Of a stretch of 36,475 nucleotides of DNA, positions 22,001 through 34,650 are shown piece after piece. How positions within the stretch are numbered: the stretch's first letter is position 1; every line of letters begins with the position of its first letter. The notes below the pieces were generated by a model. The model did not search any database. It was not told the origin of the DNA and saw only the letters and a program-made list of their open reading frames with translations. This stretch comes from Octopus sinensis (taxonomy: Eukaryota), in the NCBI RefSeq assembly GCF_006345805.1, contig NW_021824676.1:1-36475 (forward strand), in the 5' to 3' direction. The position numbers were made by a program, and so were the translations under genes.

Positions 22001-22511
22001 TTATTTATTAATTCATACTAGAATATAAGGATAAAAATCACGTTAATGATTTTTATCAGGCAGTCAGCATGCTATAAAAATTCATAGGCAATTTATACAT
22101 TAAATTAATAATGATATACATATGTATATAATTATATTAAGGGAGCGAGGGCGAAAACGACAGTGCCGAAACCTTCCAAAAGCTCCAGATAAATATACAC
22201 ATGGCTGAAAGAGGGCGAGAGAAAAAATATTTTTAAAAAACCTCATGTTATTTGTGAATTAGTTCCAAATTCTAGACATATGTATATTTATCTGGTGTTT
22301 TTTTTTTTGTAGTTTTTGAATTCTCGGCACTTCAAGCATGCGAGAGATATGTCGTTTTCACCCTTGCTCCTTTAATATAATTATATACATATGTACATTA
22401 TTATTAATTTAATATATAAATTGCCTATAAATTTGTATAGCATGATGACTACCTGATAAAAGTCATTAACGTGATTTTTATCCTTATATTCTATTATGAA
22501 TTAATAAATAA
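22001..22511. mobile_element. Foldback element with ~160-bp inverted arms
   Basis: 22001-22162 is reverse-complementary to 22350-22511 (imperfect); no TSD seen. Confidence 0.8.
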
Positions 22512-22529
22512 GATATATATATATGTGTA

Positions 22530-22853
22530 TATATAAATATATTATATATATATATATATATTATGTGTGTATATATAAATATATTATATTTATATATACG
22601 TTTTGTAACTTATTCGTATAATACGTGTATATAGATATGTATATATACATTATATATGTATATATAAATATATTATTTATATATATATCTTATATATGTA
22701 TATATATCTATACGTTTTGTAACTTATTCGTATAATACGTGTATATAGATATGTATATATACATTAGTATATGTTATATAAATATATTATTTATATATAT
22801 ATCTTATATATGTATATATATATATACGTTTTGTAACTTATTCGTATAATACT

Positions 22854-22894
<41 letters not shown>

Positions 22895-23003
22895 TATATA
22901 TGTTATATATTATAAATATAAATATATATATATATATATTATATATATATATATATTTATATATACACGTTTTGTAACTTATTCGTATAATACGTGTATA
23001 TAT
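22530..23003. repeat. ~114-bp AT-rich minisatellite
   Basis: Marker CGTTTTGTAACTTATTCGTATAATAC at 22599, 22713, 22827 and 22968. Confidence 0.9.
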
Positions 23004-23031
23004 GGCTCCACGTAGCCAATAAAGAATGGGT

Positions 23032-23183
23032 TAGTAGTAGTAGTAGTAGTAGTAGTAGTGTAGTAGTAGTAACCCACGGTGACAGTGTCTAACTTGATGA
23101 GAATGGTGGTGTCGGAGGGGTAGTTATGGTGATTGCATTTGTGTGGTGATGGTAGTGGTGGGGTTGGTATTGATCAGCATGTG
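23032..23183. repeat. (TAG)n-anchored ~150-bp repeat, copy 1
   Basis: Aligns with 24795-24961. Confidence 0.8.
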
Positions 23184-23389
23184 ATGATAGTTTTTATTGA
23201 TTTTCAAAAACTTAACTTTTATTTTTATTTTCTGGCTCGCTTTTCTGGGGATTTTTTCAAATTTTCATTATTTTTCAAATATTCTATTATTTGGATTATT
23301 ATTACTGCCGTTTGCGTGTTGGTGACACTCTAAAAATCAATTACGTTTCATTTTTTGCCTGACATTGCGATCGATCGATTGATCGATCG

Positions 23390-23620
<231 letters not shown>

Positions 23621-24144
23621 GATTCCTTGCTGTCCACAATAAAGACAGGCAGCATACAGGCAGACGTGCAGATGGCCAGGTAGGTAGGTAGGTAGGTAGG
23701 TAGGTAGGCAGGTAGAAAGGTAGGCAGGTAGGTTGGTAAGTAGGTGGGTGGGTGGGTAGGTAGATAGATAGAGAGAGGGGGCGAGAGAGAGAAGAACGAC
23801 GTCGTTATAGCATTGCTGCCGAGTCAATAGACACAATGGAGAGCCCATTAGAGAATTTGTAAACCTGACAAACGAAAGAACACACGTTCAATCTAAAGAG
23901 GTCTCATTCGCCTTCAGTGCGATGAAAATTACGCATGGTTTATATCTGACAACATGCAGAATGTATCATCTTGTGGATTAGGTTTCATAATTTATCAAAC
24001 TGTGTAACTGGTTTCTTTTGGAAATTATTATTCAGCACACCGTACAGTGAGTGAAATTAAAGTACGTGAATTAAAATGTATAGCAGACGCAGGTTTTGCA
24101 GTGTGGCTAAGAAGTTCGCTTTGCATCTACGTGATACCAAACTA

Positions 24145-24374
24145 GAAGTTAAGATCACCAAACATAGATTGGCATATTTCGGTCATATTATGCGGAGAAA
24201 ATCTCTGAAGAAGGAAGAGGCCGTCCAAGAACCCGTTGGCTTGACACCATGAAGAGTGATACCGGAATGGACATAGCCAGTCTGAAAGAAAGGGCCGGGA
24301 TAGAACTGACTGGAGGACACTGATCCAACGAGTGACCGAGAGTCGACTTCAACTGAGCGGATAGATAGATAGAT
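24145..24374 (+). mobile_element. RTE/BovB-like LINE 3' fragment with (GATA)n tail
   Basis: LEVKITKHRLAYFGHIMRRKSL..GRGRPRTRWLDTMK...DRTDWRTLIQRVTESR; probable TSD GATACCAAACTA (24133-44) / GATATCAAACTA (24372-83); splits an old SINE head. Confidence 0.9.
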
Positions 24375-24498
24375 ATCAAACTATATCACAGCACGGTGTC
24401 TTGAACGTGTAGCTTTACTGTAACCTCGTTTAGATTAAGCCTTGTGATTAGAATTTTGTAGAGTGAATACTATGAGGAAACACGCTGCATATATATGT

Positions 24499-24536
<38 letters not shown>

Positions 24537-24590
24537 ACGGTCATTTTTTGTTTTGCTAAATAACCACACACACACACACACACACTTATC

Positions 24591-24794
24591 CTTTTACTTG
24601 TTTCAGTTATTTGACTGCGGCCATGCTGGAGCAACGCCTTTAGCCGAACAAATCGACCCCGGGACTTATTCTCTGTTCTATCGTTCTCTTTTTGCCGATC
24701 CGCTAGTTGAAGGGGACGTAAACACACCAGCATCGGCTGTCAAGTGATGGTTGGGGGGACAAACACAGACAAATAACAAACACATACATATATA

Positions 24795-24850
<56 letters not shown>

Positions 24851-25120
24851 ACCACGGTGATAGTTTCTAACTTGGTGAGAATGGTGGTATCGGCGGGGTA
24901 GTTATGGTGATGGCATTAGTGTGGTGATGGTCGTGGTAAGATTGGTATTGATTACCATGTGCTTCTTTCAGTTTCCGTCTACCAAATCCACTCACAAGGC
25001 TTTGGTCGGTCCGAGGCTATAGTAGAAGTCACTTGCCCAAGATGCCACGCAGTCGAACTGAACCCGGAACAATGTTGTTGGGAAGCAAGATTCTTACCAC
25101 ACAATCACTCTTGCCCTTAT
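24591..25120 (-). mobile_element. Family A SINE interrupted by a (TAG)n-anchored repeat (24795-24961)
   Basis: Tail 24591-24790 and head half 24962-25120 are colinear with 6587-6985. Confidence 0.9.
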
Positions 25121-25228
25121 AGTACTTAATTTATCGACCCTGAAAGGATGAAAGGTAAAATCGACCTCGGCGGAATTTGAACTCATAACGCCCGACGTAC
25201 TAACGATTCAGTCAGCTCGCCGCCGTAT
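25121..25228 (-). mobile_element. Family B SINE fragment
   Basis: GTACTTAATTTATCGACCC...GGAATTTGAACTC...CAGCTCGCCGCC with an internal deletion. Confidence 0.85.
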
Positions 25229-25258
25229 ATTCGTTATTCACTTCAAAGACAATAAATG

Positions 25259-25327
<69 letters not shown>

Positions 25328-25558
25328 TATTATTATTGTCTTTGCACAGCTTCTAACGCTGGAGATGTACTACGGTGTCAGCTGTTCACTACCAGTGAAC
25401 TAAGGTAACACCTCTTATTTTTCGAGCACCTTCCGGAGTATTCGAGCGGTTCCTAGCAGTGCTATTTTCTGAAAGTGCTCCACCCTTATTGCAGCCCCTA
25501 TTTGTTCCGTGTAATTGTCGAGGTTTTTGCTCACGGTTCCCAGGACTCCGACAATTAT
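25328..25558 (-). mobile_element. R4/Dong-clade LINE 3' end (REL-endonuclease C-terminus plus 3' UTR)
   Basis: 25558-25415 reads IIVGVLGTVSKNLDNYTEQIGAAIRVEHFQKIALLGTARILRKVLEK*, the 'V.GALG...QK.ALLGT.RILRKVL' terminus of R4/Dong ORFs; flanked by (AAT)n on both sides. Confidence 0.88.
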
Positions 25559-25597
25559 TACTATTATTATTATTATTATTATTATATTATTATTATT

Positions 25598-25646
<49 letters not shown>

Positions 25647-25750
25647 TATCATCATCATCATTATTATTATCATTATTATCATTATTATTATTATTATTAT
25701 CATTATTATTATTATTATTATTATCATTATTATTATTATTATTATTATTG

Positions 25751-26300
25751 AGTGAGAGAGCAGTTCATGCCATCAAAGTGACACTGGGGTAAAATATACG
25801 AAGCCCAATATACCCATCATGACTACCCGTCTGATAAAGGTACACCAGGCACATGCATCACAACCATATGTGCGCGACATGGTGATATCATATCAAGATA
25901 AACAGCACATGACCTTGCAGTGGGGCCCAGTTAGAATTTTCTTCAGGTTGAGTAGCCCATCCTGCTCAAAAGGTCCCTGAATAAGGGTTGCTTTAGGATG
26001 TTGAACGAAACAACTATGTTTCCAGAGGTGAATTATAAAACCCCAAAGAATCCCTCTAAACACATGGCTATGATGCTCCCCCACTACTTCTGCTCGTGAT
26101 CAGAGATGCACATATCGTCAGCCACTAAGGGACATGCTCAACTGGTTAAGGCCAAACAACTGACAAGCAAATCTGTGGTATTGAGCAGAATATTTGCTGT
26201 AGCCCATCTTTTATACCAAGACAAAACAATGTACATATAAACTTCCAATCAGTTAAGATCAGAAGCCATGAGAGCACTGCCTGGTACTGCATCATGGCAT
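25751..26300. repeat. Probable interspersed repeat lodged in (ATT)n
   Basis: More GC-rich block bounded by ATT tracts; resembles a recalled octopus repeat. No second copy in the window and no recognisable ORF. Confidence 0.4.
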
Positions 26301-26789
26301 TATTATTATTATTTTATTATTATTATTATTAATTATTATTATTATTATTATTATTATTTTAGTGTCCTTTGTATATAGTGCGTGTGGTTATTTGGCAAAA
26401 AAAATGGCCATCGACTGATATAACAATATTTGCTTCAACACACGATTTCACATCAGGAATCTTGCAAAACGAATGCATAAACGTGTGTGTGTGTGTACGC
26501 GCACACGTGTATGTATCCGCACGCGCATAACCGTTATATATATATATATATATTATATATATATATGTTATATATATATATATTATGTGTGTTTGTTTGT
26601 GTATTTCTTTGTTTTGGCATACGTGCGGACGCTCGTATCAATGCAGACATGGAATGAGCGCGTCCACAGACCTACATATAGAACTATGTACTTGCGCATA
26701 CCACCCCTTCCTACCTCCCCCAATAACCTAAGCATACATACATACATGCATACGTACATAAGTACATAGACATGCATAATGGCATGTAT

Positions 26790-26878
26790 ACATACATACA
26801 TACGTACATACATACATACATACATACATACATACATACATACATACATACATACATACATACATACATACATACATT
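26790..26878. repeat. (CATA)n microsatellite
   Basis: Direct reading. Confidence 0.97.
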
Positions 26879-27994
26879 CGACATGCATGCATACATGTCC
26901 AGTGAAGGAGCGTTGGATCTAGGTTAGAAACCAGCTCTATCTCTATTGGCAGGATATCTTGAAATAAATTTGAATAATGCCATACATACGTACATGCATC
27001 CATATGTGTATGCGTTTATAAAACCTATTGAATATTTGGCTTACATTAATTTCAAAGCTTAACTTAGCTGTTCAACAAACTGTGTGGATAAAATAATTAC
27101 CAAACCGGAATAAATGCTGGTCTCGATATGCATGATTGGCCGAAACGCCTTACAGCCTATGGTCAACGAGTTCAAAAAATTTTAAACCATTCCTGATTAT
27201 TTGTATAAAGATAATTTCTAGATTAAATTTGATTGAAATTAATTTAAATAAATTAATTATGTTTCAAAATTGAGTAATTATACATTTAAGGGTGCTTATC
27301 TTTATGAAACAGCTGTAGAGCACAATTAAACTATGAACTATAAGTGAAATTTTGGTCTTCTGTCTTTATACTTAATGTGGTTAATTATACAAAAAAAAAG
27401 CACATCAAAATTGCTTCAGAACAAGACTAGAAACATATTCTTATATAAAATTAATTATATTTTTTGGTGTCTTTATGAAGTTTTTCTTGCAGATTAATGG
27501 AGAAATCTATACAACCAAATGAATAATTCAAGATATTTAACAAATTTGGCAAAATTCGAAAATGTTCCGAATAAATTTGGTCGTTTGTTTTTGTTTTGTT
27601 TTTTCTTCTTTGAAAAGAACAAAGTTACTGTTTAATACAACACACAGCAAATTGTTTGTATGTTCAAATTTCCTCTGTGTGTGTGTGTGTGTGGTGTGTG
27701 TGTGTGTGTGTGTGCGTGGTGTGGCGTGTGTGTCTGTGTGTGTGTGTGTGTGTACGTGCGTGTGTGCGTGTGTATCTGTGATGTGTGTTTGCTTTGCTTT
27801 GTATTTTATGAAGTTGTTTACTTACCCTTGTTCACAAAACATCAACTCCTATCAATGTCACTGGTGTTTGAGGTTCTAACGAAATCATGGGCGCAATTCT
27901 ATCTTCCTGAGTAAACCATTAAAACGGATGTGTTTGAGAGATTTACTTCTCTTCATTTACACCTTACTCAAATATTTCTAAGACGTAATTCTTT

Positions 27995-28155
27995 GCCAAG
28001 ATATTTCATCTGAGACGAGACTATGAATCTGTAACAAGAATTTCTTTAGCCAATTAAGAAACGCACAAAAGTGTTGTATTCAATTTTCATTTATTACTTA
28101 ATGTTACTGTCTATTATGAGGTGTCGTAAAATTTCGTCGCACTTCTGTGACCTAT
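27995..28155 (-). mobile_element. Diverged copy of the 34651-34861 family, cut by a family C SINE
   Basis: ATCTGAGA, AGCCA(A/T)TTAAGAAAC(G/A)CACAAAAG and TTTCGTCGC...(T/C)GACCT are shared in order with 34680-34830. Confidence 0.55.
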
Positions 28156-28455
28156 AATAAATAAATGGGCCCTTTTCAAGCTTAACCAGGCTCATGGGCC
28201 CGGTTTCCCGGTTTCTATGGCGTAGGCGTTCCCCCCAGCTGGGCGGCACGCCAGTCCATCGCAGCGTTACCCAAGAAGCAGGAAGAAAGAGAGAGAGAAA
28301 GAGTACAGCAGGGGTCGCAACCACCCCCTGCCGGAGCCTCGTGGAGCTTTAGGTGTTTTCGCTCAATAAACACACACAACGCCCGGTCTGGGAATCGAAA
28401 CCGCGATCCTCCGACCGCGAATCTGCTGCCCTAACCACTGGGCCATTGCGCCTCC
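28156..28455 (-). mobile_element. tRNA-derived SINE, family C (full length)
   Basis: GGAGGCGCAATGGCCCAGTGGTTAGGGC...GGTTTCGATTCC head; tail GAAACCGGGAAACCGGGCCCATGAGCC. Confidence 0.9.
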
Positions 28456-28959
28456 ACCAAAGCTACAGATATTGCAGCCAAATCTTCCTTGTGTCACATG
28501 TTATTATCTTTTAAAAAATCTGACATAAGCTTTTGTTTTCTTCGATATGCTGTGTCAGAAAAAAAGTATGATAACAGTTTGAATGTCTTTTTACTCTTAG
28601 CTCTGCAAACTCAGTGATGTCCAGACATGAAACAATAAACAACATATAAAAAAAGTTTTTTAAAAAACGCATACATGCGCATACGTGCACACACACATAA
28701 AACACACACACTCGAACACATAAATGAACAAACACACACAAATACATACACACGCACGAGCCTATACAAACACAAAGACACATATACATTTACGCATAAA
28801 GCAGGAAATTATCAGGAAATTTTATAATAATGCGTGACATTTGCTAAGTGTTTAATTAGCGTTCAAAAGAAAATTGAAGACGATTCAATTTGGATGAAAC
28901 CGTTCACTTCCGGTTTTCTTCATCGAGAGCTAAAATATCATTTTTCAGTAACGTGAAGC

Positions 28960-29745
28960 GGAGACCTGGCAGAATTGTTATAGCATCGGACAAAAATGCT
29001 TAGTACCATTTTTCCGGCTCTTTATGTTTTAAATTCAAATGCCAATCCGCTCTCGGTCGAGGAAATAAAGTACCAATCAAATACTAGGCTCAATGCAATT
29101 GTCTAACTTCTTCCCTTCAAAATTGCTGGCCCAGTACAAAGATTAGAAAGAATTATTAAAGTGGCGGGCTGACAGAATCATTGGCGCATGGTATTTTTTC
29201 CGGATTTTTACGCTCTGCATTCAAATGCCCTCAAGGTCAACATTGCCTAACATCACCTCGAGGTTGATAAAATTAAGTACCAGTCAATTACTGGGGTATA
29301 AGTTATCGACTAACTTACCTTCCCTCAAAATTACTGTGACAAAAATTAGAACAGTTATGTGCGAATAACGAAATATTCGGCAGAGATGGGCACTGACTGG
29401 GATTTCCCGATACGACCTGAACAGACACCAACAAATGGTGGACGCACCGACGCACTGCGACTGCGACTGCGTCTGCACCTACACCGGATCTGACCTGAGT
29501 AACGTGAGACGACGAATTAGAAGAATCGTTAGCTGGCCGGAATAAACGTTTTACCGTTTTACGGTATTTCTTCGGACACAAAAGTTCAAACCTCAGGAAG
29601 TTAGAATTATGCGTTGAAATCACGCTGGAGTCAACTTTGCCATTCATCCTACTGTGGACGATAAAATTAAGTACCAGTCATGTATAGAGGTCGTTGGCAT
29701 CGACCGATAATCTCCTCTCAAAATGGCTGGCTCTGTGCCTTATTA
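28960..29745 (+). mobile_element. Three old family B SINEs (~28960-29150, 29158-29345, 29510-29745)
   Basis: GCAGAAT heads and GATAAAATTAAGTACCAGTC cores. Confidence 0.75.
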
Positions 29746-30169
29746 AAAATTTATTCTTTATTTTACAGTTATCTAATTTTACTCGCTACTCCCCTGTTGG
29801 AAATGTGTTCAACTTTTCCCATTTATTTCAGACCCAACGATGAGTAATGTTGACTAAGGTCAAGCGAACGAAATCTTTTGCGTATAAATAAATAATCGAT
29901 TGGCCAAAATACAATTATATGTGTTTGCGTGCATGTGTGTATTTTTCATTGTCCGTTTGTGAACATAAGTGTGTGTGTGTGTGAAAGAGAGAGAGAGAGA
30001 AAGAGAGAAAGTGAGTGTGTGTCTGTGTGTGTGCGTGTGTTTTTGAGTGTCTGTGTGTGTATGTGTGTGTGTTATTGTGTGTGTGTGTTTGCGTGCGTGT
30101 CGCAAGTGAAAACACTAAATGGGAAACTAAAATTAGCGACGAAGAGAAGACTCAACTTTAAATATGTGC

Positions 30170-30216
<47 letters not shown>

Positions 30217-30735
30217 CATACATACACACGCGCGCACCGGCAGATACAGACAGGGACACACACACACATGCACGTATCTGTTCATGAAAGTAACAAAATA
30301 TTTGTATTGCAATGTCTATTGTATGTGCGTGTGTATGTGTATATATACAAATATATGTATATATATATATATATATTATATATATGCATGTAAGCATATA
30401 TATATGTGTGTGTATATACAAATATACAAATATAACATATATATATACATACATATATATATACATATATATATATACATATATATACATATATATATAC
30501 ATATATATATATTCATATACATATACAAACATATATATATATACATATGCATATATATATATGAAGCACTATACTGTATTTATATCCCAAAAGAGGTGTT
30601 TATACTTGCATAAAAGTACGAATGTGTAATTAATATATGTATATATCACAAAAAAAACAATATCTAAGAACAGGCTACATAAATATATATTCATACATAC
30701 AACAGACATATATATAGACTATATATATATATATA

Positions 30736-30768
<33 letters not shown>

Positions 30769-31134
30769 CTATACAGATGCATGTATTTATATATTGTTTT
30801 ATATGATAATATGATGACACACTGATACTGACACACACACTCACACACACACATATTTCTATACACATACATTCATATGTATATATGTATACATACATAT
30901 CACATCACTGATGTTGTCGCACATCTGTACTTTTCCAGGGGTTGGAAAGCAAGATCAATGGCTTTTAGTTGCGAAGTATTGAGAGAAAATGGTAGAACAC
31001 CACCCCCACTAACACAACAACAACAACGACAACGACAACAGCAAGAACAGTTAAATATTGATAACAAATAGACCCCCCCTCCTCCATCTACCATCACGAC
31101 CCAACAATAGTAAAATGTCAGAATCAATAACCGA

Positions 31135-31271
31135 TAATAATGATAGCAGCGAGAACGACACGACGACGACGACGACGACGATGATGATGATGATGATGAA
31201 GACGGTAGTGTTAGTGATAGTGATGGTGTTGGTGGTGGTTTTGGCGGCAAGTATGATAATAATAAAATAGC

Positions 31272-31310
<39 letters not shown>

Positions 31311-31324
31311 AATAATAATAATAA

Positions 31325-31356
<32 letters not shown>

Positions 31357-31471
31357 TGATGATGATGATGATGATAATAATAATAATAATAATAATGATG
31401 ATGATGATGATGATGATGATGATAATAATAATAATGATGATGATGATGATGATGATGATGTGATGATGATG

Positions 31472-31538
<67 letters not shown>

Positions 31539-31580
31539 TGATGATGATGATGATGATGATGATAATGATGATGATAATAA
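31135..31580. repeat. Compound trinucleotide microsatellite (GAC/GAT/CAA/AAT)
   Basis: Direct reading; source of the poly-I/S/M/C pseudo-ORFs. Confidence 0.97.
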
Positions 31581-31811
31581 TCGAAACCTTTTTATTACTA
31601 GTGCGACCTCTAAGTGAGATATTTGATACTGCCTTGGGCATGAAAGATATGGTGATACGTAGTCATGTAGATATTGCTATCTTCGACATTATTTCATTGC
31701 CTGTCCATTTCCGCTCTAGCTAATGGACGTTGTTGGGTAGTAAAGAGCCGCCATTACAAATGGCCATTATCTTTAATACATTCCATACAGGAGAGCACTG
31801 TATTACCTTTT

Positions 31812-32109
31812 ACTTTTATTTGTTTCAGTCATTAGACTGCAGCCATGCTGGGGCACCGCCTTGAAGAATTTTTAGTCGAATGAATTGACCCCAGTACGTT
31901 TTTTTTATTAAGCCTGGTATTTATTCTCACGATCTCTCTTGCCGAACTGCTAAGTACAAGGACATAAACACAATACTGACTGATAAGCGGTAGTAAGGAA
32001 CAAACTCATTTTTAAAACTCACTTTTAAAATTCAGTATTAAACGACACACAATCGCATAGACGTATATACATACATATACACACATACAGACACAAACAC
32101 ACACACACA

Positions 32110-32149
<40 letters not shown>

Positions 32150-32515
32150 CTATACCTTACACCCAAGGGGCTAAACACAGAGGGGACAAACAACGACAAA
32201 GTCGATTACATCGACCCCAGTGCGTAACTGGTACTTAATTTATCGACCCCGAAAGGATGAAAGGCAAAGTCGACCTCGGCGGAATTTGAACACGGAACGT
32301 AACGACAGACGAAATACGGCTACGCATTTCGCCCGGCGTGCTAACGTTTCTGCCATATATACGACGGGCTTCTTTCAGTTACCATCTACCGAATCCACAC
32401 ACAAGGCTTTGGAAAGCCCGAGGCTATAGTAGATGACACTTGCCCAAGTTGACAAGCAGTGGGACTGAATCCGGAACCGTATGATTGGGAAGCATGGTTC
32501 TTACCATCCAGCCAT
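31812..32515 (-). mobile_element. Family A SINE with a nested family B variant (32155-32355)
   Basis: A tail 31812-31990, microsatellite, B-variant SINE, then A head half from 32362. Confidence 0.88.
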
Positions 32516-33199
32516 GAAGAATCGGTAGAATTTTGCATGACAAGCCATTATCGTGTTTAATTCTGGTTTCGACTACTGAGATTCATTTGTTTTTACTGTA
32601 CTTTTTTCATTTCATTTTTATTTTCATTTTTTAGTTTTAGTTTTATCGCTCCTTTGATTTTATGAATGATCATTCGTGTACTGGAGTTTATATATCCGTT
32701 AGGTCTTCCGGAATTCGAATATCTCGTCGCCAATAATGTCATGACGATGATGGGGTGTGCACAAGGGTGTAGGAATATTATACAAATATATATTTGGATA
32801 TGATTGGCTAGAATAACCTTTTGCAGAATTAATATGTTCTCACAGAACGTGCTCCATTCTACGCCAAACGTAGAACGATAATAAACTAACACGGTAATCC
32901 AATGCGAACGATCAACGCTGTCATCTGCCCCTTCTTTATTTTATTGAAATGCGTTAGTCCACTTTTGGTCACGTGGGGGTGGTCAGGATCCTTCCACAAC
33001 AATGCTCCCATTCTTGCAGCATTTCTGGTGGCAGACAACTGCGTTTACGTTAAAAATTGTTTGATGCGGAAAGAGGTGGAGGATGATACTCTCGCGTAGT
33101 TAACCGGCGGTCTACATGCTTCCTATGACGCCCATTACATTTCAATCTAAGCACTTCAGAAAAAAAATCTAGTACAAATAAATAAACTACTAGTAACAT

Positions 33200-33359
33200 T
33201 TTTTTACATTATTTACATTTGACGGATATTTGTCATCATCTTCTTTGTTGTTAGCACAACGCTTCGGCTGATACACCCTCCAGCCTTCTTCAGGTGTCTT
33301 GGGGAAATGTCGAACCTGGGTTCTCATTTTAGGTATTCGATATATTATATTATTATTAG

Positions 33360-33392
<33 letters not shown>

Positions 33393-33586
33393 GTTATTGT
33401 TCAGGTCACTGCTTGGAATCGAACTCGGAATCATGGGGTTAGCAGCCCGCGCTCTTAACAACTAAGCCATATGCCCACGGGCATATGGCGTAGTGGTTAA
33501 CAGCAAACAAGATGAGGACAAATATCCATCGAATGTAAATAATGTAAATAATATACATAATTCCTCATCTCTTAAATATAGAACTG
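33200..33586. mobile_element. Head-to-head pair of tRNA-headed SINEs (family E) bounded by a 12-bp direct repeat
   Basis: Minus copy 33476-33200: GGGCATATGGCTTAGTTGTT A box, GAGTTCGATTCC B box, HHR-like tail. Plus copy 33479-33586 is internally deleted. TACTAGTAACAT occurs at 33188-99 and 33587-98. Confidence 0.85.
33253..33298 (-). ncRNA. Damaged minimal hammerhead inside family E SINE
   Basis: GACAC-CTGAAGA-A-GGCTG[GAGGGTGTAT]CAGCC-GAAG-CGT-T-GTGCT; A15.1 is G in this copy. Confidence 0.6.
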
Positions 33587-33664
33587 TACTAGTAACATAT
33601 TCTCTATGTACAAACAGTTATGTGTATGGGCACGTATGTGTATGTATATATATATATATATATT

Positions 33665-33946
33665 CTTTTATTTGTTTCAGTCATTTGACTGCTGCTATGC
33701 TGGAGCACCGCCTTTAGTCGAACAAATCGACCCCAGAACTTATTCTTCGTAAGCCTAGTACATTTGCCGAATCGGGCGACGCGTTGAGTTCTTGAGCAAA
33801 ACACTTCATTTCACCTTCCTTCAATCCACTCAGCTGGCAAAATTGAGCAACCATGCGATGAACGGCCCTTCCGTCCCGATCCGGAATATATACGCCAATG
33901 AAACCGGAAAACTGGCCCTCATGAGACTGGCATGGCTCGGGGAGTA
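33665..33946. mobile_element. Family A tail (minus) fused to a 5'-truncated family D SINE (plus)
   Basis: A tail to ~33770, then CGGGCGACGCGTTG..CTTGAGCAAAACAC...CCACTCAGCTGGCAAAA...GAAACCGGAAAACTGGCCC. Confidence 0.75.
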
Positions 33947-33985
33947 CACACACACACACACACACATGTATAATAGTGTGTTGTG

Positions 33986-34046
<61 letters not shown>

Positions 34047-34650
34047 AGAGGTCCCTTCATCCCACTATATAAAAGAATTTTAATTTAATTTAATACTTGC
34101 TACTCATTGTTATTTGTACTATAGTTTTTATTCGAAAATATTTATTTCTCATTGCTTTCATTTTTATTCGAAAATATTTATTTGTCATTGCTTTCATTAT
34201 TATATCATCACAAGTATATATTTTATTTTTATCCCTACATATTATTAATTTTATATGAATGTTTACAGATATAAGTTACGTGAGAATTTAGTTTTTGTAC
34301 ATCTTTAGTTTTTTTATTTTTATTTGTATTCTTTCTTTTTTTTTTAAAGTTTATTTGAATTAAATTATGGCTTGCACAGTAAGGTCCGGATAACATATTT
34401 ACACATACTTACATGTTAAAATTAAAATATAGTATTTGGTATCTAACTATGATAAAGTTTAAAGTTATTTAGAGGCCTGATTATTGGGGTTACATTTTAA
34501 GAAAGGTTCCTGTAAAACACTGCGTGCTCAAGGAGCCGTAAAAGAACCTCAAGAAACACGTGTAGCTGAGAAATGAGTATTAAGTATTATTTGAACCCCT
34601 GTGATGTCGGAAATTTTATTCCCTAATAAATAAAATAATATATATATATA

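Noticed and set aside
27110-27160. GGCC-GAAACGC...TA-CAGC resembling a Penelope HHR 3' half
   Set aside because: No CUGANGA core upstream.
28380-28455. tRNA-like segments here and at 19759 and 33410-33476
   Set aside because: These are SINE heads continuing into repeat bodies; no complete cloverleaf, so they are not called tRNA genes.
32593-33110. Unique-looking block with 65-99 aa ORFs
   Set aside because: No recognisable domain or consistent splice structure.
34125-34196. 36-bp tandem duplication
   Set aside because: Ordinary local duplication.
34485-34601. Possible hAT MITE (right end GAACCCCTG)
   Set aside because: The left TIR is too degenerate and there is no TSD.
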